The position numbers and the translations under genes are program-made. Below, in pieces: positions 46,904 to 57,846 of a DNA stretch of 64,000 bases. The stretch spans positions 1,312,001 through 1,376,000 of the forward strand of contig CAXXIA010000002.1 in the NCBI GenBank assembly GCA_963666985.2. The letters are read 5' to 3'. Position 1 is the first letter of the stretch, and each line of letters starts with the position of its first letter. The stretch comes from Spirochaetia bacterium. GTDB lineage: Bacteria > Spirochaetota > Spirochaetia > DSM-2461. The notes below the pieces were generated by a model that had not been told where the DNA came from, did no database searches, and was given only the letters and a program-made list of their open reading frames with translations.

Positions 46904-48839
46904 CCGGAGGCTGCCTCCCCGCAAAAAAAAGACTCTTTTTCTTCTGCTTCTATTTGTATCCGTATGCGTATCCGCAAGCGGAGCAGCCGTTCAGAATGAA
47001 CTCAACTGGGACGGGAACCTGATTATAGGTCTTTCCGGCCGCTGGGATTTTTACTGGAATGTTTTACTGGAATCATCGGAAAACAGGCCGGTTGGGATAA
47101 CCCCGTATTCCTTTCCCTTTAAAGGATCGTGGCATGAACACACCGCCGGAAAAAATCAGCTTCCCGTATACGGCTGCGGAACTTATCAGAAAACAGTTAA
47201 GCTGTCTCCGGAGAAAGGAAAACATGTTGTACTCAGGCTTCCGCCGATTGATATCGCGGTAAGGGTTTACTGCAACGGAATTGAATTATACGCAAATGGA
47301 GAAATCAGCCAAGCAGCCGAAAAAACAGTCGTTAAAGATTATAAACCTGTATTAAGGGAACTCACCTCGGAAAACGGCATCTACGATATTTGCATTCAAA
47401 CAGCTAATTTTGATCTGCCCCGATTCGGCCTCTACAGCATTCCAATTATCGCTCCCATTGAAAAAGCTTTTCAAAGACAAACTCTGGCGACTTCAGCGGA
47501 TGCTTTTACGGCGGCAACAATGCTGATTATAGCGTTGTTCCATATCATGGCAGGCTTGAAAATCAAACACAACAAATGGTGTTTCCATCTGGGGTTTTCC
47601 TATATTGCCGCCATGTTTTTCCTTTTGGTTAATGGAGAAGTTCTTCTCTGCCAAATCGGACTGCCCCGATTTTATGATTGGAAGATTCATTATCTGGCCA
47701 GATTCCTCAGCTCCTTTTTCTTTATCAGGTATATTCTGGATTTCTTCATTATTAGAACTCCGGAGAAGATACTGAAAATCATCAATGCCGCCGCCGTTTT
47801 GTTATCCGTTTTTTTTATTGTTTCCGGACCGTCCATCCTTCCAAGATTTTATTTATTCTCCGCGCTATTTTCAGCCGGAACCGTTTTATTTGCGTTAGCG
47901 GCTTCCGTCAGGGCTCTCATTATCCGTTCCGGATATGCCGTACCTTTTTTTGTATCCAGCCTGATTCTGACTTTTTTTATGGCTCTGGACATCATGTACA
48001 ACCCTTCGGGCTGGCCGATTCTTAACAACTGCAAATCCATTATCGGTTTACTTCTGTTCGGATTAATTCATTCATTTATCCTTATGGATATGCTGGGAAA
48101 ACATGTCGACACAATCGAAAATCTTGTTGATGAACGCACAAAGGAATTGGAGATTTCTCTCTGGAGCCAAGCCAGACATGCCAGCATGGGTGAATTAATG
48201 AATTTTATTGCTCATCAGTGGCAGCAGTACCTTTATGCCATTTCCATTTACATTGAGAGTTTGCAATCAAAAAAAGAAATGCCGCTAAAAAAACGGGCAG
48301 AAGTCTACGGCACTATCGCGGAAGCTGTTCAAAGCATGTTTTCCACTCTTAAAGATTTTCGCAGTTTTTTAACTCCTATCAAAGAAACCGAACGATTTTC
48401 AGTCTTCGAGGAATGTCGGAAAGTCTGTACATTACTGCAAGATTTCTTTCTTCCCCGGGAAATTGAAGTATCCATAACAGCGCAGGGAGATACTTCTATC
48501 CGTGGAATAAAAAACGAATTGGAACAGGTAATCCTGAATATCCTAACCAATGCGGCGAACACTTTTGAACGACGAATGATTGAAGACCGTTCCATTTCCA
48601 TTAAAGCGGAAGGACAAGATAAAAAGGTTATCATATCCATGGAAGATAATGCCGGGGGTATTTCAAAAACCATCCGGTCCCGAATTTTTGAACGGTATAA
48701 TACATTCGGAGAAAGCGGTTCGGGACTGGGATTGTATATGTCAAGAAGAATTATACGAGAACGTTTCGGCGGAGAATTATTTTATAAAGATGGACATTCC
48801 GGGGCCATTTTCGTTATAGAGCTTCCCCGTAATTTTTAA
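46884..48839 (+). CDS. Sensor histidine kinase, 7TM-DISM-like with extracellular jelly-roll sensor domain (start codon uncertain)
   Basis: LSGRWDFYW...YGCGTY sensor, ~7 TM, H-box IAHQW, N-box NILTNA, DNAGGI, GSGLGL. Confidence 0.9.
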   Translation: MQGSLHNRRLPPRKKKTLFLLLLFVSVCVSASGAAVQNELNWDGNLIIGLSGRWDFYWNVLLESSENRPVGITPYSFPFKGSWHEHTAGKNQLPVYGCGTYQKTVKLSPEKGKHVVLRLPPIDIAVRVYCNGIELYANGEISQAAEKTVVKDYKPVLRELTSENGIYDICIQTANFDLPRFGLYSIPIIAPIEKAFQRQTLATSADAFTAATMLIIALFHIMAGLKIKHNKWCFHLGFSYIAAMFFLLVNGEVLLCQIGLPRFYDWKIHYLARFLSSFFFIRYILDFFIIRTPEKILKIINAAAVLLSVFFIVSGPSILPRFYLFSALFSAGTVLFALAASVRALIIRSGYAVPFFVSSLILTFFMALDIMYNPSGWPILNNCKSIIGLLLFGLIHSFILMDMLGKHVDTIENLVDERTKELEISLWSQARHASMGELMNFIAHQWQQYLYAISIYIESLQSKKEMPLKKRAEVYGTIAEAVQSMFSTLKDFRSFLTPIKETERFSVFEECRKVCTLLQDFFLPREIEVSITAQGDTSIRGIKNELEQVILNILTNAANTFERRMIEDRSISIKAEGQDKKVIISMEDNAGGISKTIRSRIFERYNTFGESGSGLGLYMSRRIIRERFGGELFYKDGHSGAIFVIELPRNF

Positions 48840-48970
48840 AAACCTGAACGATTAACATTTTCAGGCGCCGGATTCATGGAAAAAGATTTAAAAATACTTA
48901 GAGTTCCAATGAATGCGCCGATTCGGAAAACCACTTCGAACGGCCATACGGATTCAAGCCGTCCCAAGAC

Positions 48971-49408
48971 TTAGAAATAAATCATATATTGCTCTAATTT
49001 TTTCCTGGTTTCATCGGTTATTGAGACGGGTTTTCTTGTTATTTCACTTATTTGAACCAGGACCGATTCGGCCGTTGCCGATAAAACTCCGTCTTGATAA
49101 ATCGCTTGAAACAAAACCAAGGAACTGTTCCCGATCTTCTTTACGCCTGTTCCAATATCCGCGATTCCCGGCCAGTGCATTTCCGAAAGGAATGTCTTGT
49201 TCATATTGGCGATTACAAAACTGCACTTTTCCTCCGTCAGGGGATTATTTGTGTCATTAAAAAGTTCCGCTCTGCCCGTCTCAAAAAAAGTGGAAAAAAT
49301 TGCATTATTGACATGACCCAAAAGCCCTATATCTCTATAACGAATTTTATCAAATGATTTTTTTGGAAAAACTTCGATTGATACGTTTTTTATATCGATT
49401 CCGCTCAT
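48971..49408 (-). CDS. Acyl-CoA thioesterase (4HBT/YbgC hotdog family)
   Basis: IRYRDI.LLGHVNNA.F..FFE.GR motif. Confidence 0.9.
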   Translation of the reverse strand: MSGIDIKNVSIEVFPKKSFDKIRYRDIGLLGHVNNAIFSTFFETGRAELFNDTNNPLTEEKCSFVIANMNKTFLSEMHWPGIADIGTGVKKIGNSSLVLFQAIYQDGVLSATAESVLVQISEITRKPVSITDETRKKLEQYMIYF

Positions 49409-49466
49409 ATTTCTCTTCCTTAATATTATCACAAGCTTATGCTTTTAAGTCCCTTTGATATAGAAC

Positions 49467-50084
49467 TCAATTCCCGGCAAAAACAGATAAATAGGCATTC
49501 TTTATTATCTGCTTATGAAAAGACTCTTCTCCCTGATAAAGAATTGAATGCCCCCCGAACGCCATGAAGGATTCCGTGTTCTCCCGGTTATCATCAATAA
49601 GAAGAGACTGATTGATTTCCTGTGAGTCAATGAGTTCTTGGGCCGCCATCTTACATAACACGACTTTATCGGTAATCCCTATCTCCGCAGAACTGATTAC
49701 GGCATCAAAGTAAGATCCCAACTGAAAATAAGGAACAATTTTTTGATGGAACAGATCACTGTTAATAGTCACTATCGCGGTTTTGACTTCTTTTCTAATT
49801 TTTTGAGAAAAATGCCATACTTGAGAATTCCACTCAATTTTTTCCAATCCTTTGATTGTTATTGCTTTGATGTCCTCTTTTGAATAGTTAATATTACATG
49901 AAAGATACTCAAAGACCTGATCACTTTCTTTCCGCCCACTCATCCATGGGATTTCCCATAATTCATTATTAGGAGGCTTAAAGAGAAGCTGAGAAATCTG
50001 TTTCCGAACATCTATTGGAAAAGAAGAAAAGTACACATTAGGTGTCAGGGTTTTAAAGAAATCAAAGAAAATGAGTTTATACAT
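49467..50084 (-). CDS. HAD-superfamily hydrolase-like protein
   Basis: IFFDFFKTL motif I variant, SAEIG..DK, LIDDN. Confidence 0.7.
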   Translation of the reverse strand: MYKLIFFDFFKTLTPNVYFSSFPIDVRKQISQLLFKPPNNELWEIPWMSGRKESDQVFEYLSCNINYSKEDIKAITIKGLEKIEWNSQVWHFSQKIRKEVKTAIVTINSDLFHQKIVPYFQLGSYFDAVISSAEIGITDKVVLCKMAAQELIDSQEINQSLLIDDNRENTESFMAFGGHSILYQGEESFHKQIIKNAYLSVFAGN

Positions 50085-50113
50085 ATCGTTATTCCAAATA
50101 AACGGTTACCGCA

Positions 50114-50917
50114 TTACCAATGGAAAGCTACGGCCCGCTTCCCCGCTATGTAATCGTTAAAAATGATTTCTCCTTGAGAATCGGAAAGACCTGCGCACAC
50201 ATGAAGAGGAAGCAAATGCTCTTCTCTGGGATGGCAGTATCTTGCATGCGGTGCGTTAACCCAATTCTCAAGTTCCTGCGAACGCTTATCCATGTCCGCA
50301 TTTTCCGCACAAACATGAATAAGCCAATCCTGAAATTCATCGTTGTACCGATCAGTTTCATCAATTTCATTCATGGTAAAGAATCTCATATTATGGAAAG
50401 AAAAGCCTGATCCGATAATCAGGATATTTCTATTTAACAATGGACGTAAAGCTTTTCCCAATTCAAGATGATTCAAGGGATTTAAACCGCGCTGCAGTGA
50501 CAACTGAGTCACAGGGATATTTCCTTCCGGATACATTATCTTCAGCGGAATAAAAACTCCATGATCCAACCCTCTGCGGGTATCCGATCGAACAGGGATT
50601 CCTTTCCGGGCTAAAGACTTCTGCAGGATGCTTACAAGATCCGGATTCCCTTTTGTAGAATATTGGATTTCGTAGGATTCCGGCGGAAAGCCGTAATAAT
50701 CATATAAAAGTGTTTGATTCGCCGCACTGTAAATCGTAGGAACTTCTTCTTCCCAATGGGCACTGACGACAAGAATCTCATCGGGGGTTTTTAAACTTCT
50801 TGGTAAGTCCCGAAGAAATTGAACCATCTTCTCATGGCTTTTATCTCCCAGAAGAGGCAGCGGCCCTCCGCCATGAGAAATATAAATTATATCGTAAGAA
50901 TTATGATTGGAAGTCAT
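50114..50917 (-). CDS. DODA-type (LigB family) extradiol ring-cleavage dioxygenase
   Basis: SHGGGP, SAHW, YDYYGFP, RGLDHG, GSG.SFHN, HPREEHLLPL. Confidence 0.93.
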   Translation of the reverse strand: MTSNHNSYDIIYISHGGGPLPLLGDKSHEKMVQFLRDLPRSLKTPDEILVVSAHWEEEVPTIYSAANQTLLYDYYGFPPESYEIQYSTKGNPDLVSILQKSLARKGIPVRSDTRRGLDHGVFIPLKIMYPEGNIPVTQLSLQRGLNPLNHLELGKALRPLLNRNILIIGSGFSFHNMRFFTMNEIDETDRYNDEFQDWLIHVCAENADMDKRSQELENWVNAPHARYCHPREEHLLPLHVCAGLSDSQGEIIFNDYIAGKRAVAFHW

Positions 50918-51007
50918 GAATATAGCTTCCTACCTTATTCCAAGTTTATCAAGTCATATAATACGTTTTTGGAGATATATCTAAATTTGAATATCTCTAT
51001 TCAAGAC

Positions 51008-51052
51008 AAAAAAGGATGTCCGTCATTTTCATGAAGACATCCTTAATTTTTT
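51008..51052. terminator. Probable (bidirectional) terminator of the amidohydrolase operon
   Basis: aaaaaa-ggatgtc...gacatcc-ttaatttttt. Confidence 0.6.
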
Positions 51053-51093
51053 CCTAAAACTCATCAAACCGGCGGATTGAGGGATTAAGATTC

Positions 51094-51798
51094 CTAAGAA
51101 GATTTCTTCTCAACAGGAATCATTTTAATAAAGCCTTTTTTGTAAAGGAAATAAGCACAGCCTAAAATAACGGGCATGGCAACTAAAATCGCAAATCCTT
51201 CTTTTCCGGCAAGAGGATAAATAAAGAGATGAATTACCGTTACCAAAACAATCGGAAGAATAATACTCTTCAATTTGCCTTTTGCCACGTAATCACCACA
51301 GCTTTCATTCAGCATTCCAAGGAACAATGCACCGAATATGGACGGCAGCATATAGCGTGTAGCCGTTTGAATGGCCGGTGTGGATAAGAGCGGCTGGAGC
51401 GGAACCAACAGTAAAACGCCCAAAGTAATCAATATTGTGGTAATAACAGCCGATGTCGCGACAGCCACCGTAGCCACCACGTCTCCTTCATCGCTTCCCT
51501 CTGAAACTCCGGCCTTGGACATCGCGCTGATCGCACAGGGCAATTTCAGATTGATCACATTGCCGGTTAAGAATGTAATATATGCGGAAGATCCCAGCAT
51601 CGGCGTATAACTGAACACTTCGGTAATCGTATAAGGCAAAAATAAAAGCAATAATCCGGAACCGGCCTGTATCACATCCATAAGAGACGGCCAAATATGA
51701 TTAACGGAGCAAATAATAACCGGAATCCCGAACATAAAGGCGATACCGATAATAACACCGATTCGACCGATCAGATGGGTTGCGTTTTCGTATTTCAT
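51094..51798 (-). CDS. Uncharacterised multi-pass membrane protein (partner of DUF5058-like protein)
   Basis: ~6 TM; E.FSY.P.LG...YI.F.TGN..NLK.PC motif. Confidence 0.8.
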   Translation of the reverse strand: MKYENATHLIGRIGVIIGIAFMFGIPVIICSVNHIWPSLMDVIQAGSGLLLLFLPYTITEVFSYTPMLGSSAYITFLTGNVINLKLPCAISAMSKAGVSEGSDEGDVVATVAVATSAVITTILITLGVLLLVPLQPLLSTPAIQTATRYMLPSIFGALFLGMLNESCGDYVAKGKLKSIILPIVLVTVIHLFIYPLAGKEGFAILVAMPVILGCAYFLYKKGFIKMIPVEKKSS

Positions 51799-51811
51799 AG
51801 ATTTTCTCCTT

Positions 51812-52531
51812 TCAGCTAAACAATTTGACCCAGATAAGGGAAGATGCCATACCCAAAATCAGCGAATCGGCCATGATGAAATTCCCAAGCCAACTCCATC
51901 CCAATTTCTTAATAACGATTTTATGAAGAAAGGCTACAAGGGCGGAGGTTAGCAAAACTCCTACGTACACGGCTCCTTTGGAAACCTGAATGGGAAGAAA
52001 AACCACTATCATCGCCAATGAAATGCTGCTGGTCGCGAGGATTCCCCACGGACCGTTCTTCTTGCGAAATTTAGCGAGATTGGTTTGTATTGCTTTGCCG
52101 AATATTAGAACCGTAACAAGACCGCCCATAATACACATACTCATTACGAACATTACGGGACCGACCAATTCAGGAACATTGGCGTTTGCCAATGCACCGA
52201 TCGATTCAAATCCAGCACCGGTCGCAACCATATCCGCGGCCATCAATTCATAAACAACGGATCCCACAACCGACAAACGGAACCACGACCAAGGTATTCC
52301 GATTACCGTGGATAGCGTAAACATTCCGATTATGATTGCAATGGACGGCACCAGAGAATACACGGCGGAGGATTTTACGGTATCTTTCATCACCGTTTTG
52401 CTTATTCCCAACGCAAGTCCTCTCCTGTAAGAACGAACAAGAGTAAAGACACTGAAGGCGAGAATGGAAACAATTCCGATAATAACCAGTACATACATCA
52501 ATCCGCTGTTAAAGATATCCATGTACGTCAT
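51812..52531 (-). CDS. DUF5058-like membrane protein
   Basis: SS...SLVPSIAI...G.PWSWFRLSVVGSV.YELMAA motif recalled from DUF5058; ~6 TM. Confidence 0.75.
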   Translation of the reverse strand: MTYMDIFNSGLMYVLVIIGIVSILAFSVFTLVRSYRRGLALGISKTVMKDTVKSSAVYSLVPSIAIIIGMFTLSTVIGIPWSWFRLSVVGSVVYELMAADMVATGAGFESIGALANANVPELVGPVMFVMSMCIMGGLVTVLIFGKAIQTNLAKFRKKNGPWGILATSSISLAMIVVFLPIQVSKGAVYVGVLLTSALVAFLHKIVIKKLGWSWLGNFIMADSLILGMASSLIWVKLFS

Positions 52532-52536
52532 TTTGC

Positions 52537-53970
52537 CTAATCTCCTTTTTCTTTTATTTCATCAATCGGGGAAAGATATTTTCCTCCGGTATGCTTAAAG
52601 AGTTCCGCCTTTGCTTCCTCGGCAATCTCAGGATTCAGCATAACTCTAACCGCGGCCAAAGCCATGGCTTTCCCCGCAGCAGCGGCGGCTTTGCTCCCGA
52701 TTGACGTTCCGACTTGAGCCGTTAGCTGCCATGTATGAAAAGGTGTACCGGGAATCCCCACGGCGGCCATCAGCTGAGCGGTTGGAACTTTATAGCTGAC
52801 ATCACCGACATCACTGGAACTGATCATAACCATACTCATGGTTTCAGGATTAAACGGCGCCACACCGACGCATAAAGGTTTCCGTTCAAATTCCGCTTCG
52901 GACAGACCTTCCGCCGCGGCCGATTTCTTCACCAATGCTTTCCGTTCTTCCTCCGGAACTATCGACAAAAACCTTCTTCCGATTTCATATTCCGGCTCAT
53001 CGAAATCCGGGCCGCCGGTCTCTTGGAAGGCATCGGAAAGAACCTGCGCCAATGCCGCATTGGGAATAAGATCGTTCATTCCACCCAATACTTGTACTTC
53101 GGCGGCCGTTCCGGTCATTAACGCGGCCCCCTTTGCGATGTCTTTAATTCGAGTAAGAATTTCCGCACTCAGTTCAAGCTTCGGAGCTCTGATGAAATAG
53201 AGAAGAGACGCATGATCCTGCACCACATTGGGAGCTTCACCGCCGGCATCCAAATAAGCATAGTGAACCCTTGCTTCGGGAATGATATGCTCCCGCAGAT
53301 AATTAACGCCGACATTCATCAATTCACACGCATCCAGAGCGCTTCTGCCCAATTGCGGAGAAACCGCGGCATGAGAACTTTTGCCTTTAAAAGAAAATTT
53401 CACACTGTAGTAAGCGACATTACGGACGGCTATGGTTCCATTACAGTCTCCGGGATGCCATGTGAATACCGAATCAAGATCTTCAAAACAGCCCGCTTTC
53501 AGCATGAAAACTTTTCCGTAGCCGTTTTCTTCCGCCGGACATCCGAAAATTTTTACCGTTCCGGAAATTTTATTTTGAACCAGGTAACTCTTTACCGCGA
53601 TGGCCGCAGCCAGAGAACCGGCACCTAAAGCGCTATGGCCGCAGCCGTGACCGTATTCTTTCTCTTCATCAGCCGGTGTCTTTTTTTCCGAACCGGCTTT
53701 TTGACTCAGTCCGGGCAAAGCGTCATATTCGGCCAAGATTCCGATAATCGGGCCGCCATCACCGTAACTGCCGACAAAAGCCGTTGAAATATCAGCTATT
53801 CCCCTCTCTACGGAAAAACCTTCTTCCTCCAAGACTCGGCACAGTAACGCGGCACTCTTCTCTTCATGATAACCGTACTCGGCAAAGGTCCATATTCGTT
53901 CGTTTACCTTTGCTATAAGCTCCCGCTTCTCATCGATGACGCTACAAATAAAATCTTTGACATGCATCAT
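52537..53970 (-). CDS. M20 family amidohydrolase (AbgB-like)
   Basis: AEYDALPGLSQ, GHGCGH, GCPAEE, GRSALDA, NYLREH, SSDVGDVS, HTW. Confidence 0.93.
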   Translation of the reverse strand: MMHVKDFICSVIDEKRELIAKVNERIWTFAEYGYHEEKSAALLCRVLEEEGFSVERGIADISTAFVGSYGDGGPIIGILAEYDALPGLSQKAGSEKKTPADEEKEYGHGCGHSALGAGSLAAAIAVKSYLVQNKISGTVKIFGCPAEENGYGKVFMLKAGCFEDLDSVFTWHPGDCNGTIAVRNVAYYSVKFSFKGKSSHAAVSPQLGRSALDACELMNVGVNYLREHIIPEARVHYAYLDAGGEAPNVVQDHASLLYFIRAPKLELSAEILTRIKDIAKGAALMTGTAAEVQVLGGMNDLIPNAALAQVLSDAFQETGGPDFDEPEYEIGRRFLSIVPEEERKALVKKSAAAEGLSEAEFERKPLCVGVAPFNPETMSMVMISSSDVGDVSYKVPTAQLMAAVGIPGTPFHTWQLTAQVGTSIGSKAAAAAGKAMALAAVRVMLNPEIAEEAKAELFKHTGGKYLSPIDEIKEKGD

Positions 53971-54216
53971 TTCGTCCTACAGTTTTCGTCTTTTTTTTCA
54001 AGAAACATTGCCTCCACTGAAATATGTTTAAGCATTTTCGACACATTCGGATCAGAAGCATTTGAAATATGAACGGTATTATAGAATGCGTTTTTCAACC
54101 GATTCAATGTGCGAAAGAACGAAATATTTATTGTAATTTGTGCACTTGTTCAATTGGCATTTCGTTCGCTATTAAGTATTCTTTTACACAAGCATTTTCG
54201 GCAAAGATGAGGGTGT

Positions 54217-55449
54217 ATGGAAAATATGCATGCGGCTCTTTTTGAAGCCGTACATAGCGGAAGTCATCAGAATATCACGAAAGTTGCGTATGAAATATTG
54301 AAGCGTCCGTTATTTATTTCCGATTCCCAATGCCGTCCCGTAGATCTTTATCCAAAAGCCCCAATCGGAGATGAGATTTGGGATAGGAACCTAACCCTCG
54401 AAGTAATGGATTTGGATTTTTTTATGCAGCATCAGAAGTATGATGTTATCAATATTTTTCGAAGCGCCCGGGAACCTGTACTGATTCCCGGGGATGCCGG
54501 CCGTGCATCCACTATGACGGTTGGTGTTTTTGTTGATGGGATTTTCAAAGGTGCTCTCAGTGTTTACTGCCCTAAAGGAGACTCGGATAATTTTTACACC
54601 GAGAACATAGAAAATCTAAAAAACGTTGCAAAAGCATACAGTATTTATTTCCGTTATAAGAATGTCGATCCCGCGGATGTTCGCGCAATGCATACTCCGT
54701 TTCTCACGGCTCTGCACAATGACGAAATAAAGGATATTCGTCATTTGGAATTCTGTATGAGCAAAATATCATTCGATTTTCATGCGGATTATTGTATTCT
54801 CGCCATGAAACCGGGGCACTTCAGCTCTCTTCTGGACAAGCATTTACAGGAACTTTCCGTTATTCAGCCTTTATTCATGTTTGTTTCCATCGATACCATC
54901 TCTTACATTCTTGTTACTCGAGTTACGGAAAAACGAATTCAAAACAACTCAATCATAAGGGGACTTCTTGCCGCTTCTGAAAAGTTAAACCTCAGCATAG
55001 GAGCAAGTCGTCGTTTCTTTTCCCTGTTTCATTCTTCAGATTTCTTTTATCAGGCCCGACGTGCATTGGAATTAAGTTCCGAACAAGGTGAACCGGCTGT
55101 ATTGCGGCAATATGAAGATTACGCCGTACAGGATATTTCAAAATGCTTTGAAGGTCATAAATATACACGTGCCATGATTCATCCGGCTTTGTTTCTTCTT
55201 GAAGAATATGATGTTAGCAACAATACCGAATACTTAAAAACAATCTATTATTATATTCATTCATTCTGTAATGCAACCAATGTTAATAATCGCTTATGCA
55301 CACATCGTAATACGCTTTTTTATCGCTTGAAGCGAATAGAAGAACTGACGGAAATCAATCTGCACGATGAAAAGACTTGTATCCATCTTTTACTAAGTTT
55401 CCAGATTCAACATAACTGGAAAGGTTTGGATACCATACCGTCGACATAG
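54217..55449 (+). CDS. PucR/CdaR family transcriptional regulator
   Basis: C-terminal L..YD......YLKT...HRNTLFYRLKRIEELT HTH. Confidence 0.9.
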   Translation: MENMHAALFEAVHSGSHQNITKVAYEILKRPLFISDSQCRPVDLYPKAPIGDEIWDRNLTLEVMDLDFFMQHQKYDVINIFRSAREPVLIPGDAGRASTMTVGVFVDGIFKGALSVYCPKGDSDNFYTENIENLKNVAKAYSIYFRYKNVDPADVRAMHTPFLTALHNDEIKDIRHLEFCMSKISFDFHADYCILAMKPGHFSSLLDKHLQELSVIQPLFMFVSIDTISYILVTRVTEKRIQNNSIIRGLLAASEKLNLSIGASRRFFSLFHSSDFFYQARRALELSSEQGEPAVLRQYEDYAVQDISKCFEGHKYTRAMIHPALFLLEEYDVSNNTEYLKTIYYYIHSFCNATNVNNRLCTHRNTLFYRLKRIEELTEINLHDEKTCIHLLLSFQIQHNWKGLDTIPST

Positions 55450-55479
55450 TTCTTTCTTTTCAATTCAAGGAGATTCTTT

Positions 55480-56730
55480 TTGCAAAATAAATGTTCTTAT
55501 TACCCATGGCTTGTGCTTTTAGCCTGCTGTGGAATGGTTGCGGGTATCTCAGGCATTATCCCAAACTGTACCGGAATTTTCTTTGAGCCTGTTGCGAACA
55601 GTCTTCAGGTTGGCCGCGGAGATATATCCTTTTACTTTACAATTTTTGGGCTCGCGGGAGCTCTTTGTGCTCCTTTTGCCGGATACATCATTCATAAAAT
55701 AAATATTAAATTCTTATTGTCTTTTGGAATTCTGCTCGATGTTATCGCTATCTGGCTGATGTCTCTTTATCATAATATTTGGCAATTTTATTTATCCGGA
55801 TTTCTTTTGGGATGCGGTTACAGTATTTCTTCACAGATGGCCGTTTCTGTACTGATAAACAACTGGTTTCATAAGCGCCACGGCTTGGCGATGGGGATTA
55901 CCATGAGCTGCAGCAGTATATCCGCTATTGTGATGAATCCTGTGCTTAATTCCGTCATCACTACGACCGGATGGCGGGCGGCATATCGTCTTGAAGCGCT
56001 GGTGATTCTTTTATTGGCATTACCCGGAGTTCTCTTTGTTATCCGTATGTATCCGTCCGACATCGGACTTGCTCCTTACGGCGGAACAATGGATATGTAT
56101 CAGCCGGCCGCTTTACCGAAATCAAAAAACGCTCCCTTACGAAAAATACCGGCCCTATCAAGAGCCTTTCTTCTTGTATTGACATTTGCATTTCTCTATT
56201 CCATCAGCATGAGCTTTCTTAATCATTTATCCGGACATGCCACATCGGTCGGGCTTACCTCGGCCATGGGTGCGACAATGATTTCCGTTGCTATGGCGGG
56301 AGCTTTTGCCGGGAAATTGTGTATGGGAGGATTGAGCGACCACATTGGGGTTATGAAAACTTTTTCCTTATTCATAGGGGCGGGAATTATCGGACTGCTC
56401 GGCTTTCTGGCAATCGGAACGGCTGGAAAATATTTATCGATACTCTTTGCGCTGCTGTATGGACTTATGTACGCCTGTCTCCTTGTAGGAATGCCGCTTC
56501 TGGTGAGAAGCATATTTGGAGATACGCAGTTCAGTATTTACTACTCTTACATCGGCATTGCATGCAGCATCGGCTACGCGATGGGTTTTCCTTTGGTCGG
56601 CTACACCTATGATGCACTCGACAGCTATGTTCCCGCGATCATCGGTATTACCTGCTGTACCGCAATTTCCCTCTTGTTATTGCAAGTATTGGGGCGGAAA
56701 GTGAAAAAACCGTTTCATGGGAAGGCATAG
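55480..56730 (+). CDS. MFS transporter (OFA/MCT-like)
   Basis: 12 TM; NNWFHKRHGLAMG, GGLSDHIG, GYTYD motifs; TTG start with AGGAG SD. Confidence 0.92.
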   Translation: MQNKCSYYPWLVLLACCGMVAGISGIIPNCTGIFFEPVANSLQVGRGDISFYFTIFGLAGALCAPFAGYIIHKINIKFLLSFGILLDVIAIWLMSLYHNIWQFYLSGFLLGCGYSISSQMAVSVLINNWFHKRHGLAMGITMSCSSISAIVMNPVLNSVITTTGWRAAYRLEALVILLLALPGVLFVIRMYPSDIGLAPYGGTMDMYQPAALPKSKNAPLRKIPALSRAFLLVLTFAFLYSISMSFLNHLSGHATSVGLTSAMGATMISVAMAGAFAGKLCMGGLSDHIGVMKTFSLFIGAGIIGLLGFLAIGTAGKYLSILFALLYGLMYACLLVGMPLLVRSIFGDTQFSIYYSYIGIACSIGYAMGFPLVGYTYDALDSYVPAIIGITCCTAISLLLLQVLGRKVKKPFHGKA

Positions 56731-56865
56731 CATGAAACATAAAGATCCGCCCCGCCGCCGGAGACAAAGAGATAATTTATTCGACCTCCGATTCCAAAGT
56801 ACGGAGAAGTCGATACGAAACTGATTAAGCCAACAATTGGATAAATAATCTTCAGGAGAAAAACC

Positions 56866-57846
56866 ATGAAACGAAAAATTGAAAAGTTGAACATCGAAAC
56901 ATCGGCCTTGGGGATGGGCTGCTGGGCAATCGGCGGAGAATGGGATTTCCTCGGGACACCTGCCGGCTGGGGAACAACCGATGACGCCGAATCCATCAAA
57001 GCCCTGGAGGCGGCATACGATCATGGGATTCGGCTCTTCGACACCGCGGCGAATTACGGCATTGGGCACAGCGAAGAATTGGTGGGAAAAGCCTTGGCGA
57101 AAAAGCGCCGAGAATGCGTCATTACCACCAAATTCGGCTATAACCTGCAAAAAGATCGAAACAACGTCGGCGTCTACGGAGAACGGGCCGACGATTCCGA
57201 TGTGCTCTCACATTTACGAAAGGATTGCGAAAACAGTCTCCGCAGATTGGGAACCGATTATATCGATGTCTTTTTCCTCCATATTGGAAATTATGATTCC
57301 AATTTGGCCCTGAATCTTGTTCCGGTCCTTGAGAAGTTGATTGAAGAAGGAAAAATAAGAAGTTACGGATGGAGTACGGATGATGCTCGGCGCGTTATCC
57401 CATTGGCCGATCAGCCCGGATTCTCATCGGTACAGATGAATTTCAACATCGCCTCGGCCGCCCGGGAAATGATAACTCTTTGTGAAGAGAAGCAGCTCGC
57501 CGCGTTCAATCGCGGTCCGCTGGCCATGGGCTTTCTTACCGGGAAATACTCCCATGAGTCTCAATTCCCCGAATCCGATGTTCGAAATGCCGCTTGGGTT
57601 CAGAATGGATTCAGAAAACCGGTATTGGACAAACTGGATGCACTCAAGGAGATACTTGTCGCGAAAGGACGAACTCCGGCCCAAGGGGCATTAGCCTGGA
57701 TTTGGGCAAAAAGTGAAAGGACTTTACCGATTCCGGGAATAAGGACCGTTAAACAAGCCGAAGAAAATGCGAAGGCTATGGGATTCGGCCCTTTAAGCTC
57801 CGAGGAACTCCATCAGATTGAAATCATTATGGGAAGGGACGTTTAA
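56866..57846 (+). CDS. Aldo/keto reductase
   Basis: LGMGCWAIG, FDTAANYG.G.SE, SLRRLGTDYID..FLH, PIPG. Confidence 0.95.
   Translation: MKRKIEKLNIETSALGMGCWAIGGEWDFLGTPAGWGTTDDAESIKALEAAYDHGIRLFDTAANYGIGHSEELVGKALAKKRRECVITTKFGYNLQKDRNNVGVYGERADDSDVLSHLRKDCENSLRRLGTDYIDVFFLHIGNYDSNLALNLVPVLEKLIEEGKIRSYGWSTDDARRVIPLADQPGFSSVQMNFNIASAAREMITLCEEKQLAAFNRGPLAMGFLTGKYSHESQFPESDVRNAAWVQNGFRKPVLDKLDALKEILVAKGRTPAQGALAWIWAKSERTLPIPGIRTVKQAEENAKAMGFGPLSSEELHQIEIIMGRDV

Noticed and set aside
56731..56865. Mini-ORF after the MFS gene (ATG 1 nt after the stop)
   Set aside because: It ends ~40 nt before the AKR start with no further junction, so the chain is incomplete.
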